Assembly (NCBI RefSeq): GCF_006345805.1
Contig: NC_043004.1
Coordinates: 61,504,001 to 61,568,000 of the forward strand
Source: Octopus sinensis
Lineage: Eukaryota
Direction of reading: 5' to 3'
Length of the DNA stretch: 64,000 nucleotides
Part shown: positions 28,048 to 42,351 of the stretch, piece by piece
Position numbering within the stretch: position 1 is the stretch's first letter
Layout of the letters: the number at the start of each line of letters is the position of its first letter
The notes under the pieces: model-generated
The model's input: only the letters and a program-made list of their open reading frames with translations
What the model was told of the DNA's origin: nothing
The model's database searches: none
Translations under genes and position numbers: made by a program

Positions 28048-29252
28048 TTACAAATATAAGAGTTGCCTTTAAGCATACGCTTTCATTTCCAGTAATTAAT
28101 CTTTAATTACTTGAAATTATCCCAACACTTGTTATTGAGAATTTCTAAGACTAGATTTTTTGTTTGCTTTTCCTTCAACTAAAATAGTAATCTCATTGGG
28201 GAAATGTTTGTGTTGGTCGTTAGGTACACTACTTCTTAATATAGATTCAGGTGTATTTTGTAATTTAAAAGTATTTGGTGGATTCTATCATCCCTTCTCT
28301 GTCATCTCTCTATAAATCTATAAATTTATCCCTACATATATGTTACATTTACACGTGTGTTCCTATCTATATATCTATATATATTTATATGCGGGTGTGT
28401 GAGTCTATGTTTGTGATTTACTTCAACTATTCCACTTAGAACACTTTTATATTTCTAAAAATGTAGGTGGATTTTGTATCGATCTCGACAATATACAGTC
28501 AACAGCTCAAGTAACTGAATTTCTGCTCTATAAATTAACATGTTAATGGCTGAGCTATTTCCTTGGACGTGTTCCATTAATACGGTTTTCAGATTCAATT
28601 AGCTTCACACGATGTGAATTACAACCCAGAGAGAAGGAGCGAGAAAGGAATACAATGATAATTATAATGGCACGCGAACATATATATATATATAAAGAGA
28701 CGGATAGAGGAATGGACACATCACAAGACTGGTAATTTACTTATTGACCCCGAAATGAGAAAGGAGAAAATTTATCCCAGCGAAATTTTAACTACCATAT
28801 ATAAATATTAGTGCTATGCTTTGCGGCTGACACTTTCATTATTATATTAATTCGCATCCATTTAATTATGTCTCATATGCTACGACATCAACTAATGCCT
28901 GTTGGTATTTGCCCCGTTTTCATATCTAAACAATGAACTGGGTGATCAACGAGGAACGCAAGGAAATGAAATGGCAGAATTATTTACATCATGGGAAATA
29001 ATTCTCTACATCATTTCTTTATTCGATTTGTAATTCCTTGTATTGTTAATTTCGGAAGCTAAAACAGTGAGCTGCAGAATCGTTAGCACTCCAGGAAATA
29101 TGTTTGCGGTATTTAGTGAGTCTTCTGTTTTGAGTTCCAATTCCTCCGTACTGCAGTTGATGTAATCGACTTACAAATATAAGAGTTGCCTTTAAGCATA
29201 CGCTTTCATTTCCAGTAATTAATCTTTAATTACTTGAAATTATCCCAACACT
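28048..29252 (+). repeat. Exact 82-bp duplication (28048-28129 and 29171-29252); the second copy lies inside a decayed family B SINE (about 29066-29290)
   Basis: Direct comparison of the two copies. Confidence 0.9.
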
Positions 29253-29814
29253 AAATTTACTGGCTTTCTGCCAAAGTTTGAAGTCAGTTTTAGTTTTGGA
29301 AGTTAAGGGGTGTATTTTCAAGTAAATTCTTGGCGCTCTCTCGCAAGTTGAGAAAATGACATATACGTTTCCAAGACTGAATTCGATAATTAATGTCTAA
29401 GATAAAGTTACATTTATTCTTCTCTTCAAGGCTTAACAAGACTCGGGAGAATGTCACGAAAGAAAATATATAAGAGGAAATCCTACGCTTCTAAGTTAAT
29501 CACGCAATTTGTATTCTATATAGTTATAGAGAAAGTGCAACAGATGTTGCATATTGAAAAAGGAAACAAACATAGAACTCTCATGACAGATTATGTGGTT
29601 CATTCGCCGCCTGCAACATTAATGAGTTTGATCTGGAAATAGATTATACAGAACTACAGCATACTAAAAAAATAAACTTCAAAATTTTCAAATTAATAGA
29701 ACATTCAATTTTCCAAATGGTACATTTCATGTATCATATCATTTTTACTCAAGTGGTATATATATATATATATATATTGAAATGTACACACCCACACAAA
29801 CACTCATATAAATA

Positions 29815-29881
<67 letters not shown>

Positions 29882-31129
29882 GGCATCAGGTTTTAATATA
29901 TCGTTATTATCTCTCTCATTTCTTTTTTCGTACCTTTTAACCTAACTATATAAATTATGCGTTTCAATTCCTTCGTATCACTTAGAATGAATAAATCAAA
30001 TATGAAATTGACTTTGGCGCCTTGATGTGAATCACATAATTACTGAATCCAAGTTCTTTAAGTATTTAAGATAATTTATACCTTCACATCGTATTGTCTT
30101 GAAATCCGTACATAAATGTATCTAACTGAAAATGCATTGTTTTTGCATTTATATTCATAGTCTGCTTTTGTTGGTCGAAAGATATGCATCCATTTGATTA
30201 AAGATAAATTTTGCCATTGGAAATCGAAAATTCTTGCATATCACTGCGAAAAGCCGAGGTTCTGCTTGTCATACGTGAACACATGTTGTAGTAATTCGAG
30301 ATGCTACAAATAGCAAACGTCACTCAAACGACAGTGAGACATTTTTAGATTCTATTAAAAAATGGGTGCATAGCGGCATATCGTGCTTTAGAGAAACACA
30401 CAAGCGCGCTTTCACAAAATTGGGTGGGCATAAATGGAACTTTTTAATCATATATCTGCACTCTCTGGATGAGCAAATGATCACAAGCATAATGAAACAA
30501 ACCGACGATGGTGCCGCTACATCATTGCTTAACCTGCACGAAAGAGCTGTTAATTAAATCAGCCACCAATTGGTCTTCATACAGAAATTACATATTGTGA
30601 ATGAGAATCTACTAATATAGACAAGAAAGACTAAAATTCTAGGCATGCTATTCTTTATTGTACTAAATATACGCTTTTCGTTTAGAAGACACCTCTTGTT
30701 ATATAGGAACAATTAATCGAACTATACGCTGAATATTGCTAGACCAGTGCCCTAATTTATATCCATTCTCCTCTTATTATAGACGTTCAGAAATCAGTGC
30801 ATTACCTGAATCATTAGCGCGTCGTGCAGAATATGAATAATAATTGTTGATGCTCAAATATCGCTTAGGTTAAATGTGTGTTTGTGAGTGGAGTGTATGT
30901 GTGTGGTATTGATAAATACAAGTTGCTATGTCTAAATTTTACGAATGTATACGTTTCTATTTTATCAAGAATAGCTTCATATTTAATAAAGGTTAAAGAA
31001 GATGCTAGCTGACATACAAGAATGGAATCCAGTTGAATATTAGAACAGGATTTTCTGTATCATAATTACGCGCCGGGTACCAAAAATACCGAGATGATGA
31101 TTGCGATATATTGCTCGGCGAACACTATA

Positions 31130-31620
31130 AAGACAGTAAGACTTAATGTGGACAACTGAAATCATCACGACTACATATTGAAATCTTTGAACAGGGATTT
31201 AGGCTGAATATCTGTCAGATACATGAAACTGCTAGAAGCTTTTGCCGTATTCCTGTTGGAGAGGGTTGGTGCTGGAAGGTCATATGCCATTCTTCAAGAA
31301 GAGTTAGAAGTGGTTGACGGAGAATTTCTATAACTTCATCATGCGCAATATCTAGCCTCATGATTTCCTCACTTGTATACCCATAGATTGCTATGTGTGG
31401 GACACCGTCGTGAGAGACACCACCCGATCAGCATGCAACACCGAGATAGAGCTGGTAGCTTAGGTCAAGGCCGTGTTTGAAGATCTTCCTAGGGATACAA
31501 CGAGCAGCGAATGCACCAAATCTCGAAGCCGCTTTGAGACCTTTAGTTGAAGCTAAAAGCAACTACTTTGGGCAAACTCTAATCTGCCCGCCATATTATT
31601 TGTGCATACCTTCTTAATTT
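31130..31620 (+). mobile_element. Tc1/mariner-superfamily transposase remnant (maT/DD37D-like C-terminus)
   Basis: PIDCYVWDTVVRDTTRSACNTEIELVA*VKAVFEDLPRD...RSRFE..VEAKSNYF. Confidence 0.65.
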
Positions 31621-34600
31621 TTAAAATTCCTTAATTTTGGATAAGATATTGCGTTTTTTTTCTATTCGTGCGGTCAGATTTATAACGAAAACTCTTTAGA
31701 GTATCATTCCAGGGTTGACGACCAGCGTAATTTCGAGTATTTTGAACGAAACATGTTTCCTTTTTTTTGTGTGTGTGTGTGTGCTGGAACTTTGCGTTGT
31801 GCTGCAATTTCTCCCCCCTACCATTACAGGAATCGTTTAACTCTGATAGACATCTAATGACTCACGGAGATCTATAATTAGGCGACTCGACAAGTTGATC
31901 CCGATATCTCAGTAACATTAGTATAAAAACCAATCGCATCCTTGATTGATGAAGATCACACAATGTTTTTAAAATACTGATTGGTAATATTGGCTCAAAT
32001 CTAATGCTTTATACGGTGGAAGGTAAAGTAGGTAATATAGAAAGCAGTATATGGCTGAGTATTTATGTAATGTTAGAGTTTCAAATATCAGAATCAGTTC
32101 ACTCATTACTCTTCAACACAGCTGCTTTAAAGTTACGCTTATTTCCATCTGAACAATACATGAGGCAACAGCACTTTCTGCTATTTGTCGTTTGAAGACA
32201 TGCGCAAGAATTGTATTAATCCACAATCTTCAGTTCCAGTTCTTGAGTTCTCCGATTACTCTTACATGAACTTATCAAGTTCACTTTTGTCCATGAGTTG
32301 TCTTCAAGAACGTTCAGACCTTTGCTCGAATTCCCTAACACTATATTCAATTGCGTTCTTCAATGCCAGCAACGACACGTATACTTTCCTTTGCCTGACA
32401 AAACTGTAAGACAAATGAAGATTATAAATATAAGAAAATGCACATTATATCGCAGCATATCTTCTAACTTTAGCTTCTGTGTTGATATGGCGCTGATGTC
32501 GAATTTTACCTTCACTCTTTCTAGTTTGATAACATAAGTACCAGTTAAAGACTGGCGTTGATATAATCTACTTCCGCTCTCTCTCCCAATTGCTTTCCTT
32601 GTTCCACAATTTGAAATCGGTATTTATTAGAATTTATGCGGTTTATTCATACAAGGGAAACCGGATTGCAGTCAGCTGAATAACAGATGCGATGGTGTAT
32701 TTATAAATTGTTGGGACGATAAGCAACGAAGAATTTCTTTAAAATTAACTAAATTTCAATGTTTACTGTAGAATATCATTTTACTGTAATATGATAGTTG
32801 TTTGATAAGGATGTCGCCAAGATATTTAGAAAACATTTTCAGCATTCAAATAATGTTTTGAAGGATTTCTTCAGTCACTATTATATTTATGAGCTTGATG
32901 AGATGTACAGTAATTAATGAAAGAACTTGTGGTTATAATAACTACATTCTTTGAGCTTTGAATTTACAAGTCTCTGCTTTTCATTCTACTGAACCTACAC
33001 ATATTATAATTATAAAGGATAAATAAATCTAGTATCCTAATCTTCAGAACATAAAATAATTAGATGAGATCTATTATTTATTTGGCAATACGTTTAACCT
33101 ATAGTAGTATTAGTTTCTTCTATACAATATGAGAAGACAGAACTGAATATTTTTATCAAGATGGCTTCTTTGCTTAAAACCGTGATTGCGTCTAATCATA
33201 ACAATTCTTTCTTGTCTATGCAATCTTTTATCCATTATAATAAACATTAATCAGGTTGTAACTTGGCATAGAAATTTTTCAAAAAGGAAATAGTTCTCCC
33301 ACATTTTCTGAACAATACTGGGACTCTCCGGCATATAAGTTCTTAATGGCTTTCTTGGAATAAAATTCTTATATATATTTATATCATTTTTACTTCAAAG
33401 AAACATCAATCAATAGCACTCCTTGTTTAAATTGTTTTCTTTTGTTATATATATTTATACCGTACTGGTGCAATTTTGTTTTTTTCTTGAAAAAGAGAGC
33501 GATGTATTAGAAGTTTTATTTCATCTTACCCTATGTAGCTCAAATAACGCCTATTACAATGCAATTTCGTCAAGGAATTTGCTTTCTGTTTTCCATCAAA
33601 CAGATGGTACATATTCCCTTACAACCATTGTAACAACAATATATATTTCAGCTACTAGGAGTATCACATCTGAAATGCAGTCGACATGACAATTATGGTG
33701 TATTCATTGTTATTGCTGTCATTAAAGCATACCCTGTTGTTTCTTACTGTTATTTAGTTGTTAGTAACATGCTTTGGTACAGAGATACATCGTCTATATT
33801 TCTTTCTGGAAAAAGAAAGTCGGTACAACCAAGAAAACGTGTACATTAATGTTTCAAAGTAACAAATTTTTGATAATTTCTTAAAATCCTTTGTCGATTC
33901 TCGGATTACTGTTATCCTAAGCGCGCAGTGTCTATCTGAGTATGCAAATCTGTCAATTCCTAAACAGAAACAGCTGCATAGCATTCTTATTTTACCTGTG
34001 TTTGCAATTTAATAGCTGAGTCGATGGAAATCATTAAGGTTTTCAGCTTGCTTTCACACCGACAGCTGTTTTACAATGAAAAATCACGACAGGCCTTTAT
34101 GTGTTATATATTAATCGAAATGTAAAAGTATCACAGTGCCAATTTCAAGCAAATAGGGATATGCAATAATCAGTAAAACGTGTACATATATTAGGACAAA
34201 TAAACTTATTATTTCAGACGTCTTGCATTTTCCATGATTTGTTTCCTGCAAAATTAAGGCGGGAAATACAAATTTTGTCTCTCTACAGGTTTTATTTGTC
34301 TCTGGAAGTCAAATTCATCTATATAGCCTGTGCATAAGACCGAATGGGATATTTTCTGTCTAATATGTTTATATATGAGTCCTAGGACTTCTTTATACGC
34401 ACCTCTGGTTGTGGCCATAACAGTATGTCTAATATGGACTTTCTATATACTTTTTCACAGTACTGTTGTACAGTATTCTTTTACGCTAAGCAACAGTCTT
34501 GAAATAAATAACTATCTGGATTAAAACACGAAATTATAAGTATCACATGATATGTATGTCCAGATAGATGAAAGGATATTCGGCAACTATTTTGAATGTA

Positions 34601-34904
34601 ATTATTAATAAACGTGGTATTTGTAAACCGCTCAAGAAACACTTAATTTTCTAGAGAGGAAAACTTCCGACCTATGCAATTTTGTCGGGGTAGACGTTTT
34701 TGTCTTTACCCTTTACTGGTGTGTGTTTTCAGGAATTTGCCATGTAGATGAATACATCTATTTGTATTAGAATAGCTGTTCGCTTTAAATATATTTCTGT
34801 GGGATGTTTTCGATGTGAACTAATAATTGTCCTCTTATATTGTCCGCTTATTCTTGACTAGCACTTATCCTCTTAATATTATTGTAACTATTTAAAGTAG
34901 AAAG

Positions 34905-35095
34905 CAGGCAGAATCGTTTGCACACCCTGAAAAACGCCTAGCGGCATTCCGTCCGTCTTTACGTGGTCGATTTTGCTATAAATCGTCTAGGACCGACAAA
35001 ATGAGTACTAGTGGGATATAATCGACTTACTGAGGGATTTTAATCGATTTATATTCACAACTGAAATTGCCTGTCTAGTGCCAAAATTTGAAGGA
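34905..35095 (+). mobile_element. SINE family B, decayed
   Basis: ggcagaatcgtt...cgtccgtctttacgt...taatcgactta...gtgccaaaatttgaa. Confidence 0.6.
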
Positions 35096-35185
35096 AATAT
35101 TACTATAATTATTACTAATTGCTGGAATGGCGTGCTTTAATGATACATCTTAATATTTTTTCATTTATGTCTCTTTTAGACTCTT

Positions 35186-35221
<36 letters not shown>

Positions 35222-35387
35222 TCGTATACACAATCAAACACACAGACTGAAACATCTGCACCAGTATTAGAGTGCGTGTGTATGTGTATGTATCTATGTC
35301 TGTGTGCATGCATGTGTGCAAGTGTGTTTACACTTATTTATTAATGTTTAATGAAGCACTTCTATTTTCATTTTCTTTTCAATTAAG

Positions 35388-35453
35388 ATTAATGGTCAAC
35401 TGACGCTGGATGAAAATATTGCTGACAACGGCGGTATTCATGTGGCCTACAAC
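35388..35453 (+). CDS. M13 peptidase exon with the third zinc ligand (INGQLTLDENIADNGGIHVAYN)
   Basis: Pyrimidine tract and AAG acceptor, GTAAGT donor; ENIADNGG signature. Confidence 0.96.
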
Positions 35454-36534
35454 GTAAGTTTGTTAATTTCAGTTTCAATGCACAATTTAATCAATATTTT
35501 GTATGCGGCAAATAGCTTTCCATTTACAATTATTATGATAATAATACTATAGTGTATTTAGAATTTTTTTTAACTGACGGAGACAAGTACCAGTGGAATC
35601 ATTTGCCAGTCTAGTCAGAACAGAAGTGTGTTCTCAGAAGGTTGATATCATTTCGGTCAGAGAATGAATTGTGTTACGCATAACCTCATACATTAAAACT
35701 TATAAATTTCTAAACACTTAGTTCTATAGGAAATGCAATGACAATGATTTCTTTTTGGATCCCCGAAATTGATAGCAACAGTTTGAACTCTCCTGATTGA
35801 CGTGATAAATCGTCCCAATAATTGCAACAAACATCACTCAGTTATACGAAGTAGATTTCTTGGTATACTTAGTTATAAGTAGTGCATTCCTAGGTAAGGA
35901 ACTTTTGTTAAAATGGGTGTCTCGTTAAAATAAACTCAGATCCTCTCAAAAAAGATTAAATATCCGGAAGTAGGATTTGCATAGATTTTGTCGACTCAAA
36001 TTTCATATACAAATTTATTTTATAGTAGGAGTAAATGCATAGCTGTCAAACCGAATCTTCAAGTCACATAGCTTCGACTCGAGCATATTATACATAATAT
36101 TGATTGCACTCAAATGATTAAATTAAAGTTGATTGCTTCTCGTGAAAAAAAAAGTAATTAAATAACTTTTGTATTCGATCTCCTTAATTATACAGAAGAT
36201 TTGATGTTACACAATAACTGGTATATTAATTACAATCGCTGTCCAGTTTTCATAAGGGAACGATGTAGTTCATATTATTGATGTCAGAATATAAATGGTT
36301 ATCGAAATACCAGAAATGAAGGAGACACATCCACAGACTGCAATTTACTATCTATGAAAATGGGTGGATTTTTAAGTCTTAGATATACAGAGCCATTGGA
36401 TTTTCAGGAATAAGATGGGTTCAATCACTTTCTTTTCGATTAAAGCTGATCTCGGGCAAAACATGAAGAACAACTTGGGACTGAATTTTACCTGAAAATG
36501 CAGATGTGTATATCCACATATTTACATATACATG

Positions 36535-36754
36535 CTAGTTTACTCTTTTACTTGTTTCTCTCATTTGACAGAAGCCATGCTGGAGCACCGCCTTTAATCG
36601 AGCAAATCGACCCCAGGACTTATTCTATGTAAGCCTAGTACGTATAAGATCGGTCTCTTTTGCCGAACTGCTAAGTTATGGGGACGTAAACACACCAGCA
36701 TCAATTGTCAAGCGATGTTGGGGGGACAAACACAGACACAAAAACATATACACA

Positions 36755-36802
<48 letters not shown>

Positions 36803-36960
36803 TACGACGGGCTTCTTTTTAGTTTCCATCTACCAAATCCACTGAGAAGGCTTTCATCGGCCCGAGGCTATAGTAGAAGACACTCACCCATGGTGCCAGG
36901 CAGTGTGACTGAACTCGGAAATATGTGGTTCGTAAACAAGCTACTTACCACACAGCCACT
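36535..36960 (-). mobile_element. SINE family A, near full length
   Basis: Head ...gctacttaccacacagccac on the + strand; body with internal (TA)n. Confidence 0.85.
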
Positions 36961-37236
36961 TATATATACATATAAATATATAGGCTTATATATACATATA
37001 AATATATAGCTGCACAAACTAATAAATCATCACCTAGTTTAACATTGTATATAATCATAAAGACATTCTAATAAGCATCAAGCATTTGTACTAAGTCTAA
37101 TATGAAACGTTAATTATATTTCGATGCGCTGCCTCCTATTCAGAAACATGGAAGATCTTTGGCCTCTCAACTACCAGTGTTGATGCTAGTATACACATAT
37201 GAAAGTTTTGTTTTCTTCTTAAATCAGTATTATCAT

Positions 37237-37237
<1 letters not shown>

Positions 37238-37320
<83 letters not shown>

Positions 37321-37330
37321 TGTAGTAGTG

Positions 37331-37379
<49 letters not shown>

Positions 37380-37530
37380 TAGTAGTAGTAGTAGTTGTAG
37401 TAGTAATAAGATGAAGGCAGCAGCAGGAGGATCAAGAGGAGGAGTAGGGAGAGGTAGAGGAGGTGCAGGTAGAGGAGGTGCAGGTTAAGGAGGTGCAGGT
37501 AGAGGAGGTGTAGGTGCAGGAGGAGCAGGA
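37238..37530. repeat. (AGT)n microsatellite followed by degenerate 15-mer repeats (aggtagaggaggtgc)
   Basis: Visible directly. Confidence 0.9.
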
Positions 37531-37768
37531 GTAATGAGTGGGTCGGTGGAGGGCAACGCAGCAGCAGTGCGTCACTTACTTCACCATTTATTGGTGATCT
37601 CATGCTCCCAATGGAATACGCCTTTCCACATGTTAGAGCCATCGACCCAAGTGTCTCTTACTTTAGTCATGCTGGTTAGGTATTTATGAAGTCGGCGTTC
37701 AAACTCAATTTTAACCTCTTTTAGTTAGCTTTAACGCTACGCAAGGGCAGCATATATTATGTTATATA

Positions 37769-38002
37769 GAGGCGCCGAGCTGGCAGAAACGTTAGAGTAT
37801 CGGGCGAAATGCTTAGCGTTATTTCGTCTGTCGTTACGTTCTGAGTTCAAATTCCGCCGAGGTCGACTTTGCCTTTCATCCTTTCGGGGTCGATAAATAA
37901 AGCACCAGTTTCGCACTGGGGTCGATGTAATCGACTTAATCCCTTTGTCTGTCCTTGTTTGTCCCCTCTAAGTGTCTAGCCCCTTGTGGGCAGTAAAGAA
38001 AT
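37769..38002 (+). mobile_element. tRNA-derived SINE family B, well preserved
   Basis: A-box-like gagctggcagaa, B-box gagttcaaattcc, tail agccccttgtgggcagtaaagaaata; copies at 40808-41040 (-) and 60128-60360 (+). Confidence 0.9.
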
Positions 38003-38010
38003 ATATATAT

Positions 38011-38325
38011 GATTCTGAGATTTATAAATGCTGGCGTGATTGATGTCTGCTAATGTAGCTGCAACAGCGTTGCTCATGGTGCGCATGCACAAATTCTGTA
38101 AGTTTAAGACCTTTCATCGGATCTCCAGGAATCGAACTTTCTTCAATGCAGTTAATCTTACACCCTCTTTTGTATCTACCCCTTTTTATGTTTGGGAATT
38201 CTCTGATGTTTTTTTGGGTGACGAGTACGAGCCATCTGTATTCACTGCATTTTTTGTAGCTTATTAAAGATGTCCTCGTACGAAACAATTGTACCGAGAT
38301 TTTAATCCATTCTTGTTGCTTTTTT

Positions 38326-38327
<2 letters not shown>
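38011..38327 (+). mobile_element. Short non-coding element between (TA)n tracts with a hammerhead fold at 38212-38299
   Basis: ttttgg-GTGACGA-gtacgag...ctcgtac-GAAAC-aatt-GTA-ccgaga; 7-bp stem II; G instead of C at position 3. Confidence 0.7.
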
Positions 38328-38365
<38 letters not shown>

Positions 38366-38369
<4 letters not shown>

Positions 38370-38490
38370 GGCCTGCTCGCTTAGCCAGCGGGGTGGCGTC
38401 ATTTGAAGGCTAAAACAATGCGAAGCGCATTGTGTCCAGCGATGTGTAGCAACATCTGATAACCTGGTCGGTCACGGGGACCACGGTGAT
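38366..38490 (+). mobile_element. SINE family C 3' fragment
   Basis: Reverse complement of 56832-56930. Confidence 0.75.
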
Positions 38491-40807
38491 ATATATATAT
38501 ATATATATGCACACATCAAGTACAAAACACAATATGGACGCATATATGTCCTTCCATAGAAACACGTACGCACCTATACGTTTAGAAACAAATATTCCTT
38601 AATCACACAAACCCTTACATACGTCTTAAATCCCCTCGCACACGCGCGCATGCGCAGCACTCATTAACGATCACGTAATTACACGCACACACACATACGC
38701 ATATACAGACATCAACACTCATACCACTAATAACACATACACAGCTGACATACACACCAACAGTCTCGCTCATGCGAGCACCCACACAGGTGCTACACAC
38801 ACACACGCAATACTCATATACATACACCTTACAAATCACGTACCTATGCATGAACGAGTTGATGCCATCAGCCCTTACCGATAAGACAAAATTCACCAAC
38901 GCATTATTTCACACGCGCTTGCACACTCCATACAGGCTTAAACACATGTATAATTACTAGACACCCACATCCAACTACTCGTATATCTGGTATGCACACA
39001 CATGCTTCCTTGCCCGCCGTATCTCTGTCATATCTCATGTTTCTGCAAAACCATGTCTCGGCCAATCACCAGTTCCCGCTACTACATCTAGTGCAACTTA
39101 AATGCACGTCTCACCTCTAACAACACCATGCGACCCACCTTCACAATCGGTAGATCAGTTTCTATTAGTAATCTTCGTCATCTTCTGTCTCTCTATTCGG
39201 AAGTCTGAGTTAGAAACGCACTAGGTTAGAGTAAGATACAGTTTTAAAAATAATAATGCCCACGCAAACCACACACGCACACACATATACATAAACACGA
39301 ACACATATAACATTCCATAGTTAATATTGCAGAAAGCTGTTTTTCTCGAAGCAGGAAAAATATTTATTTAAAATGCAAAGCAAGGTCGCGAATATTGTAA
39401 GCGCCGTGTCTAGAATATGGTCTGATACACAGAACCAGAAGTTTTCATTAGAGAGCTTAATATAAGCAAGACTAGTCTTTCCGCCTTTGGCCGACGCGTT
39501 CACAATAATTCCATTATATAACGTCGCACTATGAAATCTACGCGCACGTTATATACACACATGTATACATACATACATACATATATACGGGCATACATAC
39601 ACACACACGCAGACACACAAAAGCATACACACACACACACACACACACTCATACATATATACATTGCATTGTTATATAACATAGACTGAAATAGAATTTA
39701 TAGTCTATATGGTTTGGCCTTTGTAATAATCATGCTAACAATATATTTAATGCGCTGGTTACCATTGTTTGTCCGAACAGTAATTTACACACCAATGATG
39801 CTTTTAACAAAGAAAAGTGGAAACTATCAAATTACTTATCAAAGTCAGACATTATCCATACGATGCAAGAAAATAATTGGTGAAGAAAACCATAAATATG
39901 AAATTCTTTATCATTCATATTTATACCTTATTGAATTATTCATTAGGAGAGGTTAGTTATAATAGAAACCACAGTAAACAGCCTCATATGGTTGTGTACT
40001 ATAACATAAATTTAATAAACTAGTCAATTATGCTCAGAGTTGGTACTGTTTTTATGCATTCCCAAGCAAGAAATATTTCCCCTAAATTAATGCACAGAAA
40101 TTATTCACATTCATGTTCATACAAGTATGTTAATTAAGGAGAGGAACGATTGCTCCCTGGGTGGTTATATGCTTGTCGCTAAGTGATATTTACGCAGTTG
40201 ATTCCCGATTTCTGTAATTTATAGTAATATATCAAATGTTTCTTTGTATCCTTTATTCGTATAATAACTCTCACTTTCTGAACACATATATGAAGCATGA
40301 TAATATGAAGTCAATGGCGACGTTAGTATTGATAAAGAAATCAGGTATTATGTTGAGTTAACTTAATGACGTTTAAGTCCACTCTTTATCATATATCTAC
40401 ATAGTAAAGTTTGCAAATTTTAATGACTGGGAAATGGATTGCACACTTACTACATACAGGAAAATATCATAGTGAAAACCTTCATCTACGCTTCAACTGA
40501 AGTGATTATTTAACTTATTATTTGCTGTGTCGACCTTGTAGTACCAGTAACCTATATCGAAATGCAAATACAACTTTGCAGAGATTGTAATATATTTCTT
40601 TCTTTGTCCTCATTACAAAAAACGCTCTTAACTAGCTTATTAACTACTGGCATTATATAAGGCATATTACGTTGTAACACTAGATGTAAAATCGCTGTCT
40701 TAAACTCAATTAAATATTGTTATATTTAGTCAAAATTTTTCTATAATAAAGTTTCGCAAAGAGATATTAAAAATAGAATGGTTTAAGATATATATATATA
40801 TATATAT

Positions 40808-41040
40808 ATTCCTTTACTACCCACAAGGGGTTAAACATAGAGGGGACAAGCAAGGATAGAGAAAGGGATTAAGTCGATTACATTGACCCCAGTGCGAAAC
40901 TGGTACTTTATTTATCGACCCCGAAAGGATGAAAGGCAAAGTCGACCTCGGCGGAATTTGAACTCAGAACGTAACGACAGACGAAATACCGCTAAGCATT
41001 TCGCCAGGTGCACTAACGTTTCTGGCAACTCGTCGCCTTA
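40808..41040 (-). mobile_element. SINE family B
   Basis: Reverse complement of 37769-38002. Confidence 0.9.
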
Positions 41041-41407
41041 TGAGGCTTAAGATATATAGACAGTACAGACTTTAACAATTGCTATATTTTAGTAAACGTT
41101 ACATACTTCAAACTAAAAAAGAAGCAACATTTTTAGTTAGAAAAGCTATAAATATATAGGGAGAAATAGGAAGAGGCGTACAGAGACATATAGGGATATA
41201 CATACGCACATATGTATAAATATATTTCTGCTTATAACATATTCAGCGGAAGCCTTGCATTTACACGGTTACTGTTGGATCATATTAATGTTCAGAATAT
41301 GTGAAGTAGCATTTACCAGCTTATAGTAATGGACAAAAGCAATTGTACTGACTTGGATTAAATCCTCTTTATTCCAACTTCTTGTACTATACTCTTTTAT
41401 ACACAAA

Positions 41408-41449
<42 letters not shown>

Positions 41450-41459
41450 GTAAATCCGC

Positions 41460-41695
41460 CCCACCCAAAAAAAAACGAAGAACAAACCCAACAAGAAAAA
41501 AAAACAACAACGCTAGTACGTGGGACATGCACGGTATTAGCAGACGCTCAGGGAAGGAAAGAAATGTGGTTTTACGTTTCGAGGTTTCGAGGTTTCGAGT
41601 AAAGCCCTCGTCAGAAACAGGGGACGGGGGAATGTCCAAGTAAAAAGGAAGACAGAGTAAAAAGATCACGAACGATCTACACGTGGTTATATTTG
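41460..41695 (-). mobile_element. Solo Penelope-type terminal repeat with hammerhead (41569-41618) disrupted by a triplicated 8-mer (gtttcgag)
   Basis: Minus strand gttt-CTGACGA-gggctttactc-GAAAC...GTA-aaac; homologous to 61335-61552. Confidence 0.7.
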
Positions 41696-41715
41696 GAATA
41701 CACACACACACACAT

Positions 41716-41753
<38 letters not shown>

Positions 41754-42231
41754 GCATACCTACACACACACATACAAATACATAAATATATATGTATATA
41801 CACTAAATGTCACTAGAGTGTCAATAAATATCTATATTGCTAGAAATATGAGTTAACCGCTCTCAAACTGTAGTTAATGCACGTGTATTAAAACATATAG
41901 ACTAACAACTATAAACAATTCTTAACACTAGCGTGAGTCTCAGCAGTTTCTTTGCAACGTGAGTTAAGACCGCTCGATTGTACGGCTGTTTCTGAACTCG
42001 CTTCAACATTAGTATTTCTTTTGTTGTCCAAAGTATTGCATGAATTTGCGATACACTAAAAGCGATTTCGTCCTTATTTCCTACAATGTAGGTGTTTCCT
42101 TTCACCCTAATCACATTCAGTGATAAATATAATTTTTCTATGTATATATATATGTATATATATATATAATTCAAATTCTTTTACTTCCGTGTTAATTATT
42201 AACAAGGGCAAAATACACACATCTATATCTA

Positions 42232-42262
<31 letters not shown>

Positions 42263-42281
42263 ATCTATCTATCTATCTATC

Positions 42282-42351
<70 letters not shown>

